Below, one piece after another: positions 44,121-59,700 of a stretch of 64,000 nt of DNA. The DNA is from Balanoglossus misakiensis (lineage: Eukaryota > Animalia > Hemichordata). Position 1 is the stretch's first letter. Every line of letters starts with the position of its first letter. A model generated the notes under the pieces. That model did no database searches, was not told the DNA's origin, and saw only the letters and a list, made by a program, of their open reading frames with translations. A program made the translations under genes and the position numbers. The stretch is from the NCBI GenBank assembly GCA_040954595.2, contig CM082577.2:4092305-4156304 (forward strand), in the 5' to 3' direction.

Positions 44121-44715
44121 GTGTGATTTTTTTTATTCCTATTGTTCTAATATCGTTTCGATTGTTGCCGAATTAATATTTGTGTGTTCCAGATTTGCAG
44201 TATTGAGAATTTATTTTTTCCATCAATATTGTGGTGTATTTGCATGACACCGCTCTTTGGACTCACGATTGTGTATCGTTTATGCATGTAAATTTGAGGT
44301 CACTTCACTTTGCGGAGCGACACACTACTTAGGTGTTTTCGCAGCTTCAGTGATCAAGTGTGCCGTGTTTAATACCGAAAAGAATCGTTTTCGCGTTCTT
44401 CACGTCTTCACTGCAAGTGCAACAAGAGTTTGACATAACAAGCCTGTACACTGACATTTTCGAGGACCCTGGATAGGATTATATACCCTTGGTGGAAGGA
44501 TACTGCCAGTAGTGGAGTTGTGATGTGTGGTCATTGATGAACAGGGCGACTCGTACTGTACTCGCGTCACTGGGAGTGAGGCTTGAGCAAGTTAGCGTAC
44601 GCTTGTCACCCCTCCCACTCACCCAAAAAGTTATCTTGCCTCTGAGCCGTCACTTGACTAGATCTTGTATCGTGATATTTTGTAGGTGTCGGATAGTACC
44701 AAGTGAATCGCCAAC

Positions 44716-47700
44716 ATGGATGATGATCCAGAGCAGTATTTGGTGGTGGACAAGAAGCAACAGATGGTGGACAGCACCGTTGTCTTAGATGCCAAGAAAA
44801 GTGTCTGGGTTCCCGATGAAACCGAAGGTTTCGTCAAAGGCAAGATCGAGAGCACCAAAGGTGATATGGTGACAGTGATAACACCAACTGGAAAGGTATG
44901 TAATTGACATTCGATCGGTGTCATCAGTGTCTTTGACTTGTATCAATCTTACCGAAAGTCTCGATCGCGGAGTTGAACTGCACCAGCCAACACCGGCGTT
45001 CTTGTTATGCTAGTAACTTTTCATACAATAAGTCGCTTACGGTAATACTTGCGGGCTAGAGTAGCGTTTTCCTATTATCAGTCATTCATGCAGCCTTCAT
45101 TCAAGTTTTTGATCAATAAATCTTAACATTCACGCTGTCTGCCATGGTTTTGACAGCCGATCATTATTTTTCCCCCTAAAAGTGGGTGTGTCCTTTTTAT
45201 TGACATGCAACAGTGAGCGCTTTGAAAGAAGAACAATAGGTGTTAATGAAGTAATACCACTATATGTAAATCGGGGAAATGAAATGTAAACATTGTTATT
45301 ATCTAGGAGTGTTCGCAAATATACTGAATTATGAAACATGCACAGTTATGTCAAATCATGTTACAACAAAAACTTTGTCCTTATAATTAGGAAATTAATC
45401 AAAAGTTACGTGTATATACTGTTACTAATCATAATGAAATGTAATACACTTTACTGCAATAGATAAACTATTTCATAACTTTTTTTTTATTTTTTAAAAA
45501 CAGCAAATCACCCTGAAGCGAGATGATACTCAAGCCATCAATCCTCCCAAATTCGAGAAAATTGAGGACATGGCAGCTCTGACCTTCTTGAATGAAGCTG
45601 GTGTACTCCACAACTTGAAACAGAGATACTTTGCTGGTCTCATCTATGTAAGTTTTTCCCCCTTTTTTTTTCATCCTCTCCTGACCTGACATGAATATCT
45701 TGTCCCCAAGTTTTCAAGTCACCCCAGTGGCTGTACTATAAATCATGTGACCCCAGTCGGTACATCAATTCTGCCTGGATGACTGTATGCTGCAAAAATG
45801 ACGTTGTTTATTCACAAGACTGGAATATGAGAAAGATGCATGCAAAGTCACGCCTCCCAAGTTGTCTTCGATTTAAAGGCGTCCACTGTATAGTGTATGC
45901 GTGTGTGATTTCCTATTGGGTTTCTTACAGAGGATAAAGTTAAGTTGCCATTTTTACCAGGGGCCAAATGAGTCTGTCTCAGTACCTTGCTCCATTTTGA
46001 CCCATGGTCTTAAACAAAATGTAGCTTGGGACAGGCGACTCTACAGTTAACCTTGGGTTTAAATAAGTAAAAATGTACGTATGACACATAAGGTATTATA
46101 ATATGTTGTCATGGAAACCCTGATGCTGGTCCTTGAAATACAGCGAGTGTTTGTACAATGGGCCTACGCTTTTCTGATTTTCAGTAATTCTAAACTCTGG
46201 TATCATCTGACAATAATGAGTGTCTAATTTGGCTTTGTGGGCTGGCTCATCCCAGACGCTCATCTTACAAATGAAGCGTCTTTTGGCAAGTGTCATTGTA
46301 ACGGCATACAAAGTGCTTCACACAGGTATTAGGTTTACAATGGCTTAAGTTATACCTACGTGTCATAATGCTGTTGAATAGTTTAAGAAAAGATCCATGA
46401 CAGTTCTTACAAGCATTCTTAACACCTATTTTGTAGTTAACATACAGCAGGGAGCTTTTTTTGTGCCTGTAAACAGCATCGCCCATTGACCGGGTGCTAT
46501 TTCAGCCATTGATCAGTTGCGTTTCACTTGACCACCAAACAATGCACTTGGCGTATGATATTTCATGCACCGAGTGTTTTCCAAAGCATTCATTACAAAG
46601 CCAACCATTTTGCATTCATTGCGCCTTGTAAGGCAGACGTGGTTGAATGACCAGAAAAGGGTAGGGGCACCCCGGTCATTCATTTGTGGATCGCCCGAAT
46701 TCCCAGTGTAGTTACATTTCTCGGCCAACATTGATACAGGTTCACTTAGTCAAATAAGGCCGATTTAAAAGTCTGGGAAAGTGGTGGAAACATTAGCAAG
46801 AAGGGGGCTGGGCACACAAGAAACACTTAGTCAGTCAAGCCTAAACTATACACTGCCTGTTAGATAGACTGAGTCACCATTCACAGCAAGTGGAGTAACC
46901 AAATGTGTTTTATGCCTGGGGACACAAAAGTCTAGTACTTTTAATGTATATCATTAAGTTAATTAGAAGTTTCCATTGTTAGTCCCCATTCATAAACATG
47001 GACCTGACTGTAAAAAAAAAAGTTGTGAAGCAACTTACAAAGCTTAATTGCACAACGTAGGAGGGTTAATTAATAAAGAGTCAGCATCCGGTTGGTGTTG
47101 TAGTATGTATCTACACATATACATGCTGATGGCCTGCAAAATGCCATTGCCAAGTCCCTTTTGAAGACTTAATTACCCCCCCCCCCCATCTAGAGGTAGC
47201 AGAGGGATAATTTGATCATCCTCAAGGGAGTCTTCAACCCAGCCCATTGAACCACCTCAGTCCCCAGACAGTCAGTGCATGCATGTATACAGTGTCAGAG
47301 AAACCAGGCCAGTGTGTATAAACAGATATCAACAGGGGATGTTTGCAGATCATCTCCAACACTTGATACCAGCTCAATATTGTCAAGCGTTCAAGGCCAT
47401 GTACCCCCCAAAACCCAGTAGGGGGGATCTAAAATAACAAAATTAATGGCACTGCCAGATTTTTCAGGGAGATAAATGAGGTCAGGTCAACAGGGATAGG
47501 TCAGTAAGTACACCAGAAGATAGGGTGACTTTGAACACTGAAGACCTTGCCTGAAGTGATCAAGCATCATCAGATCAAACCAGAATTTGAATGGACAGTG
47601 CATCTACAGTTGACCTCAAAAAAGTTGAAAACAAATCCCCCCCCCCCCCAGGATTTCAATATTAAAATATGGGGAATATTGTCAAACTTTAACAAGGTGA

Positions 47701-50700
47701 ATCTTCTCCTCCTCCACTTCTCTGAAAAGTACCGTAGTGTAGATTATAATTGATAGACAAGTGGAATTACTACTTCAGAGATCTGTTCAAAGGTCAGAGG
47801 TCATAGAAGCCTGGCAGAATGTCATTCCAAACTGAAGATTCCTTTAGGAACGGAGCATGCTCAGTGGAGGTTATGGATTCCTTCCAAAATATCATACCAT
47901 ACTAGGAACATTTAATGACCACGTGCAGATGTAAAAACATGTTACAGTCTGGCAAACCCAATCTGAAGGAAAGAATGAAGATTTGCTATTTTGTGACAGA
48001 GGTTATTAATGCTAAATTTTGTGCATTTGTAAAACATGTCGGACATGAAGTCTAAGAAATGTATGAAGTATAAATTGATTACACTTCAACAGCGTCACGT
48101 TTTATATGGATGTTTAAAAGCAAGGCATATGAGATACTCAGCATTCCTTGTAAGTTCTCTTCAGACCCAGCAGTGCATGGATGGTATGTGTAACACGATC
48201 CCTGGCACACCAGCGGTATGCAAACAATCCTATATATTTACTCCCTCAATGTTGAAATAATATTTGGAAAACATTGAAATTATAAGAGATATGTAAATTT
48301 GGTGCAGGCCTATCATCAAACTTTGAGAAAGTATTGACAAAAGATAGCTGATATTGTATTATGAAGAGTATTTTTTTCAATTGTAATATTGAAAGCAGTA
48401 AGGGACTGCACATCTCAGTAATAATAATCTGCGGCCCATTGGGAACACTTGGTCATGTTGATCTGACAATTTAATAGCCAGGCACTGTTAAATATGGTCC
48501 CAGGGCTATGTAAACATAAATACATAAGGCTCCCCAGCTCAATTATGATAAATAAAGTAAAGTTACACTAGAAAGAGTGCTTGATTATGTGCAGTGGTAA
48601 ACACTATTGACAGAAAAGCTTAGCTTTTTTTTTAGAAAATTAAAAGAAAAACTGCCAAGATAGAGTGAAAACATGGGGATAGTTTTCTTAGCTATGGCCA
48701 ACTTGTTTGTACATTTGTTTTTGCTGAAATATAAAACCCCTCCACTTCCAACGAGTTAATCCTGTGAAAAATTAAAAATTTAACTTGGCAAAAAATTGTT
48801 TCCAATGAACATTTTGATGCTAACGCTGTAGCATACCTGAAGCAGGATACTTCATCCCCATTTGAAGAATTCACACCAAATGTCAAGAAACTAAAAAGGT
48901 CATGATCGGATATCATAATGTTAATAATGCCATTAACCTTGTTATCCCATCCACATTCCAGACCCTCACGGAAAGATAAAATCGTCCTGCATGTCATATC
49001 AAACCACTTTATGGGCAACTGGGGGATGGTGGGATTTGATATGATATGGTACATGTATCCCTTAAATGGCCAAAATTGTTTGAAAGTAGTGCAGAACAAG
49101 ATAGAGCCAGAAACAGGATATAGGCCCTCCACCCATGCTTTTTTCATCCTCTATCTTGAGGAGTTAGACTGAGTATGGAAATGAATCTCTGTAAACATAA
49201 AACACAATTCATTTGGCTGTTTATCTTTCAAAGTTCAAGCATATTTGCACAGAGTCTTATAACACAGCCTGTCCATTATCAGATGTGTGTAGTTGCACTG
49301 TTATTTTTGATGGGCTACAAGATTTAATATATAGCCCTGCTCTGATAAATTATCTCTACACTTGAAATACTAACGTCAGTAGAAGATATGTCAGATATGT
49401 TTCGCAGTGTTACTGGTATGCGCCCCAGCCTGGCTAACGACTGTGCAAGATCGCCCCATAGAAATCCGGAGTGACGTTTGCATCCAGTTGTCCATATAGG
49501 GAAGTTGGGGAGCTAATGATTTGAATGCTCTTGTAGTGGGCCAGTAGCCAGTGGTGTCTGTTAGCCAGGAATTTTTTAATTAATGAAATCCTGCTTTGCC
49601 TTGTTGCTGAATCTGGTAGCTAAGTGGCTACTGTGAAAGATGAGTGTGATGTGTTGAGACACAGATGGAGAAAGAATTCCCCAAGGTTGCTACGGTAATG
49701 TGTTGTCAAAAATGGGAGAAATAAAGATGAGGAACTTCATATTGATAAAGCTTGATATGAGAAACCAAAACAGCAATTTTCACAACAGTTACTGCAGACA
49801 CAGTAACTTTACTTGAAAAGTGGGAAGTGTCTAAGAAACTACTTTGATATTGATCAGGCAGTGAACAATCTCTTGAGGGAGTGGAGGATCACAACCAACA
49901 TCTGCATTTCTACTGCATCTCATCAACTGACCTTCCCCAGAGCGACTCTGCCAAATTCACTACTACAGTGTGACATTTACAAGACACTTGTGTGATAATG
50001 TCCATGCCATTGTACTTTTAAGGGGGGAAGGGGAGGGAGGGAGAGGGGAAGGGAAAGAGATGACACTGACTGGTATGTGGCATCACAAATGTGTAACATT
50101 CCTGGGAATCCTGGCATGCCATCAGACAAAAGGCAAGAAGCTATCTGCCAGGCTGTAAGAAATGATAATATCTCTGAGAGGACACTGCTCTCTTGTTTGA
50201 TTTGTAGATTTGAGGTTCAAATAAATGACAGAAATTATATAATCAGATAGGTGTACATCCTGCGGCCAGTCTAAATTCTGTTATATTGTCTCAGGATATC
50301 CAGGCAAAACTTTTTCATATGGCCAACTGGACTTCTACGTGTTCCATATTCTACAACCAGGCCAAATTAATATTGCATAATAATAATAATACTTAAATGT
50401 CATTGGATTAAGAATATATGGCAGATTCATCGCAAATGAAAACTTGAGTATATTGAAGATTTCTATTTCAAAAAGTTTGTTTTTGCTATGGATACAGTCT
50501 CAAAATGCTGGACAGATCATATTGGCTTCTCCCACCTGTGCATTCCTGATCTGATTTCTAAATATTTACCTCATCTGATTACTACTCTGCTGCAGGGCGT
50601 CAGCTAACAACTAACAACCAGCAAACGTGCACACAAGTCAAGGTCAGAGGTCGCATAAATTATGTAACTACAGTTTGTTTGGAAAGCCAAAAAGCATCCC

Positions 50701-53700
50701 TGGGTCTCTGGCATACAAATACACACGATAATGAAGTATTGAGGGATTAGGGTAATATGTGCTTCACCAGCCATACAAGCGAAGGGTCCTTTCTATAGAT
50801 TCCCTGAAAGCATCTGCATCTCAAGTGTTTTCTGTTAGATAATCACCTCTAAAGGGATTTGAAATTACCAATTTAGATTCAGTTTCTATAACAAAAGCCT
50901 GAAAAAGGGGTGATGTTTTGAAAAGCCCTTTCATATGTTAGAAGTTTCTGAGATGTACCTTGAAGGAGTTAAAAAAAGTTTATATTTCAAATTTTCGTTG
51001 ACAATAATGTTTTAATAGTAGAGAACTTCTCCGTGCGTGACCTTGTATGTTAGCTTATACAAGTGTATGGATTTCCCACTGAAAGACCAATTGTTCTTGC
51101 TTGACGGGGTGTAACACCTGGAAATCAATTCGGAAATTTCCCTCACACTTTATATTCTGGTACATCTTGACTCTTTCAGCTATTACTGTATCAGGAAATA
51201 CGATACATTACAATGACGGAAAATGGAATGGTTTCTGAAAATCCATCCCTGCACTTATCCCATGCCTCCAGTACTACTTCCAAGTTCATTCAGTGCTCCT
51301 TCCCCAAAAGTAAAGATTACACCTAGCACTTTTAGCATTGTGGCACACTTCAGACAGAAATTGTTTGTACCTATTGTGAGGAATATACAGTATTTTAACA
51401 AATGTAAGAGTGTCCCAAAGTGAGAGATCTTGGGACTATAATGTGGTAAAGTCTAATCTCGTTTGGTTGATATCCCATTAGCAGATTACCCTTATCTCTG
51501 ACCCAGGATGAGCATACATTCATATCTACTGTAAGATTGGTTGACCACTGATGACCCAAGATAGCTTTACAGATCACAAACTGATTTATGGAACAGAGAC
51601 AATCAAATTAAAGATGCAGTGATGGTAGTGTAATTGAAATTGTCACTGGTGAAAGATCAGAATATTTATACATTTTGTAAAAAGAATGGCTTTTGGCATC
51701 CACAGAAATAATTAACACTGAGTGCTTGTTATGTTTCTCTGTTTCTAAATCTCGCAATTGCAGTCTCGGAAACACTGCTGCGCTTCTGTTTCTGCCTGTC
51801 TTTTTGATGTAACCCACAGCTGAAGTCTTACAAATGTTTTGCGACATCAATCAGAATCAGGAGATGGGAGGATGCAGGTTCAATGTGGTTTGAGGCAGAA
51901 AAAAAAAAGAAATCCCTTCAGCGAATACTGAATGATCCAGTCAAAGAATGGATTTTAGTCGAGCATATCCCCTTACATGTAAACAGTAGGTCTGTTCATA
52001 TGCTGGAGCATGCTTGAAGTGTGGCCCCAGTTCAGTGCAAAAGAAAAGAAATTCTGTGATTAGGCTGCATTCACAAACACCTCTGGAGGGGGGGGCAGGA
52101 GAATTGAGGGGGGGGGGATTTGAAAAAATTGAGGGTATGTAAGGGGGGGGATTTGAAATAATTTAGGGACTGAAAGGGGGGGACTTGAAAACTTTAACGA
52201 CTAAATATTTCTTTTGAGTCCACAAAAATGCAGTTTCGCGCCCTTTATTTTACAAAATTTTCTAATGTGGGAGGGGGACACCCCCTCCCACACCCACCCC
52301 CTCCATTCATCAACACCTTTCAATCATTGACTGGTCAGGGGACTTGCCCCCACCCCATGATAACTTTGAGCGGCGACGGTTAAATTTGTCCTCCCCAACA
52401 TACCGGTAGTTGAGTTAATTTGCTTTTGCCGGGTTTATTAAAATGCAGCTTTTGGGCTCTGTATTTTGTAAAATTTTCTTACGTGGGAGGGGGACACCCC
52501 CTCCCAAACCCACCCCCTTCAATTCTCGGTTTACAATGTCTCCCAACACAGAATACAAATATATGTACTTAAAAAATAAAAACAATGTGCAGTTTTAATA
52601 CCCACTGATGAGGGGAAACATCAGTTTCAAATTCTTTTCATGGGAATGCTGTTTTTCTTTTTACAAGATAGATAGGTGATGTGTTTTGCTCTGTGAAAGA
52701 AAATGGGAGGGGGGGATTTCAAAATTTTAGCAGTTCGGAAGGGGGGGATTTGAAAATATTGGCAGTTCGGAAGGGGGGCATGTGAAAATTAGCAGTAAAA
52801 AAAATTGAATTCTCCCGCCCCCCCCCCCCTCCAGAGGTGTTTGTGAATGCAGCCTTACCGTGGAAATGTCAATAGTAGTCACCTTTCACTGGTTACAAGT
52901 AACCTTTTACCCAGACTGAGGGGCCCAATCATTAAAACTTTCTCCGGCAACACCAAAGTATGCCAGGATCTCGTTTCACAAGTAGGATAGAAAAGGGTGG
53001 ACAATAACAAAGAAGGTGTAATTTGAATGAGGTTCATTCATTGCTTCTATTAAGTCAATATGTTTACAGACAATTGGTCTTAAAATGATGGAGTTGCTGT
53101 TCACGCAAACCGTTAAAAGGGCCATTTTTACCGATTTTTTAATTCTGTTCCGTAGACAAGGAGAAAATGCCTCCCCCTTGTCCTGTTAACTACCAAGGCT
53201 TTGCGGTGTCCCTCGACTGTGAGGTCACAGACCAGCTGTTCATGAAGGAATGTCTTCTGCCAGTCCCCGGCAAGTGATAGCTGTTTCAGGCGTTTTGCCT
53301 TATATGGTTGTCAACCATCCATGTTGGTGTTTCTTATTTTGGTCGTCTGGCAGCTCAAATTACCAGTGGGGCTGGTGTTAAAGTGATACAGGGGATTCTG
53401 ATCTGTAGACGATATCGGAAACGTATAATTTTTTTTAGTGTTTGCAATAAACCATCCCACTGAAATGAATGGAAGGGGGTAATTGAAACTGGACGTTAAG
53501 ATTTATTGAAAGTATTCTCTGTTGGACTTCTTCATCTGAGCAAATAACACTCACTCTAAGACTTGTTCAATTTTACATGAAACAGTCAGAGAATTTCAGT
53601 ACTAGAACTGTCAATGTTATCATAGGTCACTGTGCAGGGGAAAAACACGAGACATTGGCTTGGAACTCTGCCTTCTGCTGGAATTCAAAGAGATAGACAT

Positions 53701-56700
53701 TGATTTCAAACACATTTTCATCAGCAGTTGCAGCTGTACATGTAAATATACCAACTGGCCAAGACCTTTCATGAGCCTCCCTTTAGATTAATTCTCTTGT
53801 TTTAGTTCAGAAAGCAACTTCCAAAAATAATTATTGATGGAACACATAAAAATCATCGACTGTGAAACTAGCGTCTTTTCTGTGTTGAAAATTGCATATT
53901 GAATTCATGTACCAAGTGGTTAAATCATTAAAGTGAAGGGAAGTGCATATAGGATGCTGTTTTCAATTGAGGTCTGCATTGCCGGAAGTGGTTTTGAAAT
54001 AGATGCACATCTCATTTTCCAGTCTTGTGATAAAACAACAACCCTCTAATAATAACTTTGCCTCTAGAGCAAAGAATGTTGAAAAGTGGACCGTTGGTGA
54101 GAGGCTAGTTAATGCCACAGAATAATTTAGTGTGTATGTGTTGTGTGTGTGTGCTTTCGAAGCACAGTCATGCTGTTGTATTCAGTTTGTGACAGACCAC
54201 AATTCACATATAGTAAACAGCATAGTGATTTTCAATCACCCAGAAATGTTATAAGAAATACGAAACTGTCTAATTCAGTTCTAAAATAATTAACATACAT
54301 ATTTGTTAGTGTTTTTTTTTCGTTTCATTTTGAATAAAAACATTATAGATCCGTGGTGTTAAATAACGTGTTTTCCAATTTGTCAAACCATAATCCTTAA
54401 GTGTTCATCTGTATAGTCCTGTTAGTTCAGTTAAACCCTATAATAAATGGCAAGGGCTGGGTCAACTGTCACAGGTCAGAAGATAACTTCTTTCCTTGTC
54501 ATTGCATTCTCAAAGACTGTCTATGACTCATTCAGTTGATCCTCCTGCTTTTCTTGCGGGCATTATTTGACAAAAATAATGAAAGAAAGGATATTGTCTT
54601 GTGAGTACAATCGACTACTGTTACAATCAGTCACAATAGCGTTTCTGATTTGATCCGAACATGAACAATGTGTATTGTTGGTGGGGGGTCTAAGAATATT
54701 GTTTAGGGTTTAACTTTCATAAATTTCCAGTGACTGACTATACATCGCCTGTCCATCGCACCTAAACACTGCCATCGACCCACAACCCTCATGTACATTC
54801 ACAACTAAACTTGTGAGTCTTCGAGATATATTTTAAGAAAACAGTTCTCATAATTGTATGCATTTCTACTTCTTTCCTTGCAGACATATTCTGGTCTCTT
54901 CTGCGTGGCTATCAACCCCTATCGTAGGCTTCCGATCTACACAGAGAAAGTAGTGATGCTGTACAAGGGAAAGAGGAGAAGCGAGATGCCTCCCCATGTG
55001 TACTCTGTAGCTGATAACGCTTACCATGACATGTTGCAAGGTGAGTGCTGATTGGTCAAGAATCTGTCCATGTGACGAATTCATCACGGTTTAATACCAG
55101 TACTGATTGGTCAGCAGTGTATCAGTAACATGCGTGCATAATGTTATCATGCCATTTTGCAAGACCACTGCTGATTGGTTGGCACTGTGCCAATAATTTA
55201 ATGATAACCAGAGTATCAAGAAGGCAGCAGGGAGGGTTAAAATGTCAAGCTGAAATTTTGCCATGAGTAATTTGAAAAATTAATATCAGTCTTGTGTTTG
55301 GATGATCAGACAGTAATATGATAGGTGACTTTTGATGCAGTTATATTTAAACCACCAGCGGGTGCCAAGAATTCATTACATCATAAGATATTGGTTCAAG
55401 TGTTCTTAGGGGAAAGTGATAGCTCTACAAATAAGGTCTGAGTTTCTCAACCAGACTGGAATCATCAAAAATTCCCACAAAAGGAAGAGGAAAAATCTGT
55501 GATGAATTGGACAGGAATTCCGCAGCTTTGTAATAAATCTGGATTATCTTTTATCAAAATCCAAAGCAGATAATCCTTTGTTGGCACGCTCACACATTTT
55601 CAATCTGAATTGCCAAGTCCCTTGTACAGGCCGTCAAGGAAAACTTTCAAGGCAGTGGAAATTACCCCTAGCCTCCGCAAGATATTTAGGGCCCCTGGAA
55701 TACTTATCATTTACTTCTAAGTGTTGAATATCAATAGAAATAAGTGGAATTCACAGTGTCTTACGTCACCAAGTGATTCCTTTTGATCCCGCGCTGGTTT
55801 ACGCAGTCAGTTCGACAGTGAAATTTAAATGGTGGCTGTTTTTGAATGCTTGGACACGATTTTCTTATCCTCCCAGATTTCATATACATGTATACCTGGG
55901 TGTTTAAATGCTGTAGTGGTAATGTTGCTGCTGTCAGCCCTTACTAGTAATTGAGTGGCCATGAAGAGCCGCGCCAGCCGTTCTTTAAATGGCACAGCCC
56001 AAAACTTTTTGCAGACAAAGTGTGTAGAAGCTGTCTAGCAATGAATGTATCTGTTTTTCTCATTGTTTCGTCTGAAAGGGAAGGAAAGAAAAAGTTAACC
56101 ATACTTTCTGCAGATCAGTCATGTTGCATGCAAATCGGTCCATGGCAGAGTACTGATTGATAGGAGTGGTCAGTGGAGCGAAAAATGACCTCCTTTTTGG
56201 TGTTACAGTGGACGGCAGACAGATATATCTCAAGTGTAGCCGACGTGTAGAAGTAGTACAGTCAAGGTACACAATCAAGAACTGTAGAACTACCATGGCT
56301 ACAGGCCAGAACTCGTCAAGAAGGTAGCAATAGGTCATTAGGAATTGGAAATTATATATTTGCTAGGCTTCCTTCTGTGTTGATGTTGAGATAAGTGTGT
56401 TTACAAGTGATTAGTGTATCATAAGGATAAAACTGACCATAGTTTTGTGCACAAAAGAAATGCTGTACATGAATGCCGTAACATGGTCATTACCCGAAAT
56501 CAACAAAGCACCATAACATTTTATGGCTTCTTGCATTTCCTTTGGTAAGTTGCGCATAATCTTGTGCAAATTTGGTCGTCTGGAGAAAGCCAAATAAGCA
56601 GAAAGTTCAGACAGGGGCCCTTGTATGGTTTCACCAAACCTCCTGACTTTAGTTTCAATTGTCAACCAACACAGAGAATTTCTGAAGGCATATTGGCCTT

Positions 56701-59700
56701 CGTTTGAAAATAAAATGTAACCAGTTCAGATTGTTTGCTAATGTGTGGTAAGATTGCAACTACACTGCCAAAAACAATTTGGTAAAAAAAAAAAAATAGC
56801 AGCCAAAGGGGTTAAGATGTCCACATCTGAATGCAGCCAAAGAGTTGTGTGATTAAAAATAGCTTTTCTCGAGATTTACAAACACGACTCATTTAAAAAT
56901 ACCACCTAAGAAGAAAAAACTTTGAAATCAAAAATATTGACTTAAAATGACCGAGAACCCTCTACGGCAAGTTGCCAGGAGCAACAGTGGAATTTAAATG
57001 GAGAACTACAGAGTGATGTCTCTGTTTAAAAATGTTTCTTGTTATTTTTGTCATTCCTGCTGCAGCAATGTTTGTAATCTTACCTGAATGGAAAAGATGT
57101 TAATCTTTCATGTCCTTTGAAAAGTTGGGTGTTGTCTACAATTCATGTAATGATAGAAATAGCACGAGAATCGTGTTTTTTTCTTACAGAAATCTGTTAT
57201 GTGATTGACACTTCAATTTTTGTATTTCAACTGTTTTCTTTCAGATCATGAAAACCAGTCCATGTTGATCACGTAAGTATTGCAACCTTGCTCGGCTGCC
57301 AAAGATTTCAGAATGATTGCAAAAAAAAAAGAACAAAATCGAGAAAAGTTGTACATCAAGCATGCAAGTGAATGAAAAGTCAATTTAAAATCATGGCTGA
57401 GATTCTGGCATTGTTTCGTGGATATGAATGGAAAGAGGACTAGCTCGTGCAGAATCTGCATATTCCTGTTGATGAACTTCTAGGCCATGTCTTGGAAATG
57501 TAAACATAGATGCATTTTGATAGTTTGTAGCTTTGTGCAAACCTAATTGCTTGTGAAGAGGCTGTCTTGCAGCCGCATTGTCATGTAAATGTACATGTTT
57601 GTCTGTCTGATGCATGTGGAGAACGCTGTAATCAGATTAAGATGTCTGGCTCAAAAATGTTACTCTGTAAATTACAGATTTATATCCGCATACAAAAAAG
57701 CATGGTTCGCAGAGAATTTGTAGCTATACACACATCGAAAATGATTATATAGAGAATTAGAACACCTGTTGAATGAAAATACCTGTACTGTGCATGGCAA
57801 ATGAAAGCCACGGATCGTGGTAAAGCTGTATACGGAACTTGTTCGGCCAAAAGTGCAACATGGCAACACAATCATGGCTGTACATGAAAAGCTGGCCCAT
57901 ATCCCAAAGTCATAGAATTGGACATGCCCTTTATGCATGGGAGATATTGCCTAGTCAGAAAATGGAACTGCTGACAGTTTGCATGTTACGAATGTCGCAT
58001 AAGGAATGATCTTAGGAAATAGACACAAACAGCTGGGAAATATGAAATGGAGGAAGAAAAAGTTACGGAGAATTCAAGGATAGTTTGATCAGACAAAATT
58101 AGCTGCAGGTTAGATATGTTTGGAAAATGAGACCGAAATTTAGAAATTTTATTGGAAGAATTCTGGAGAACATTTTTAAACAGGTATGAATAGCAAGGTC
58201 TCCAGTTGAATCCACTGTGACCTTTGACACCTGTAGTGGGTCCCATTCAGTACTGCTATGTTTGTCAGGGATAAAACAAATATATAGACATGTACTTCTA
58301 GCAGGGTGGAGGTACTCATTCCGCTGTTGAAATGTGAGCTACAATGAGGCTCTGTTCAGAATTGAAAATTAAATAACTGACCAAATTCATGAAATAGTTT
58401 TTCTGCTAAGCAGGTGAAACTAAGATTTTGAATTACATAGACAAAAATTCTGGAGAGTGTTTGAATTATTTGCCATCAAGTATGTTCAAAGCAAATACCA
58501 ATTTTGACAGGAGACAGCAGATGATGTCAGAGGTCTATCTTGAATTACAGTAACTTCATAAAATAAAATAAAAGTACCCACCCCAAAGCCTTAGATCCTT
58601 GATATTGAAGTTCTTTATAGGGGAAATTTTTAAGATGAGTTGATAAGGTATCAGAACGACATTATAATCAAGGAATGTAGATGGAAGAAAGGTAAGAAAA
58701 GGGAATGAGATTATCTTGAAAAAGGAGTGTACTGTAATAAAAAATACCTGGTAGAAAAAGTGATTTCAGGTGTTAGAGGAACTTGTAATAAAAGAAGTCA
58801 GGGGAAAAAGGGAATAACTTGTAAATAATATTAAATAGGAAAAGAAAGGAGAAAAAGCAGTGAAACTTAAAAAAACCATGTTACTCTAGTTGAAAGTTTA
58901 CTATTCAGCATAATTTTGCAGGGAAGTGTAGGACTGGATTTCAGATTTGATGATTCTCTTACAGCTGTTCCATTGTCCGTAGTGTGATAACAAACACTAC
59001 TGTGTACTTTCTCTGATGTTGACAGCCATGCACTAAGCACTGTACGGGCAAAATCAAAATCACATTCCATCAAAGCTGACTGTTAGGTTCCCTTTAAAAC
59101 TTCCAGCTTTGCGTCCATGTTGCAATACTGCCTCAAATTGCACTGTCAATACTCTGTGCTTCAGCTTAGAAGGAAGACTTTCATGAATTTTTTTTTGAGT
59201 TGACACAGAGCATCGCAGTGTTCAATGAATGTAGCACAATCCTCAAAAACTCCTGCCTGACATCCTTCTGTGATTGTTTTGTTTGTGTTCTGTTTGTTTG
59301 TTTGTTTGCTGTTTTTGTGGTTAATTTATATCATTCATGACATGCATCTCATGTTAGTGGATCATTATTTGGTTGATGTTCATCATCACTGCTATGATAT
59401 TCACATAGTTACAAATTTCAGTGCCATTTCCAAATCCCTCATGGATGCAAGATATATTTTTTTTCAGACTGTTTTGTCTGTTTGCAAAACCCCTGTATGT
59501 GTTGTGTGTTGTTTTGTTTTAAAAAAAAAAAAATCCATACCCTTGTATTTCCCAATCGCTTATGAATGATCTGCCTTTGGCTGACTTCCTTTTTTATTTC
59601 CTAGTGGTGAATCAGGAGCTGGTAAAACAGAAAACACCAAAAAAGTCATCCAGTATTTTGCCAACATTGCTAGTTCAACGGCTGGCAAAGAGAAAGACCA

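Noticed and set aside
45648-59604. Mutually exclusive duplicate myosin exons or intronic myomiR hairpins
   Set aside because: No second NPPKF or GESGAGKT exon and no recognisable conserved miRNA seen by eye; a covariance or small-RNA search would be needed to exclude them.
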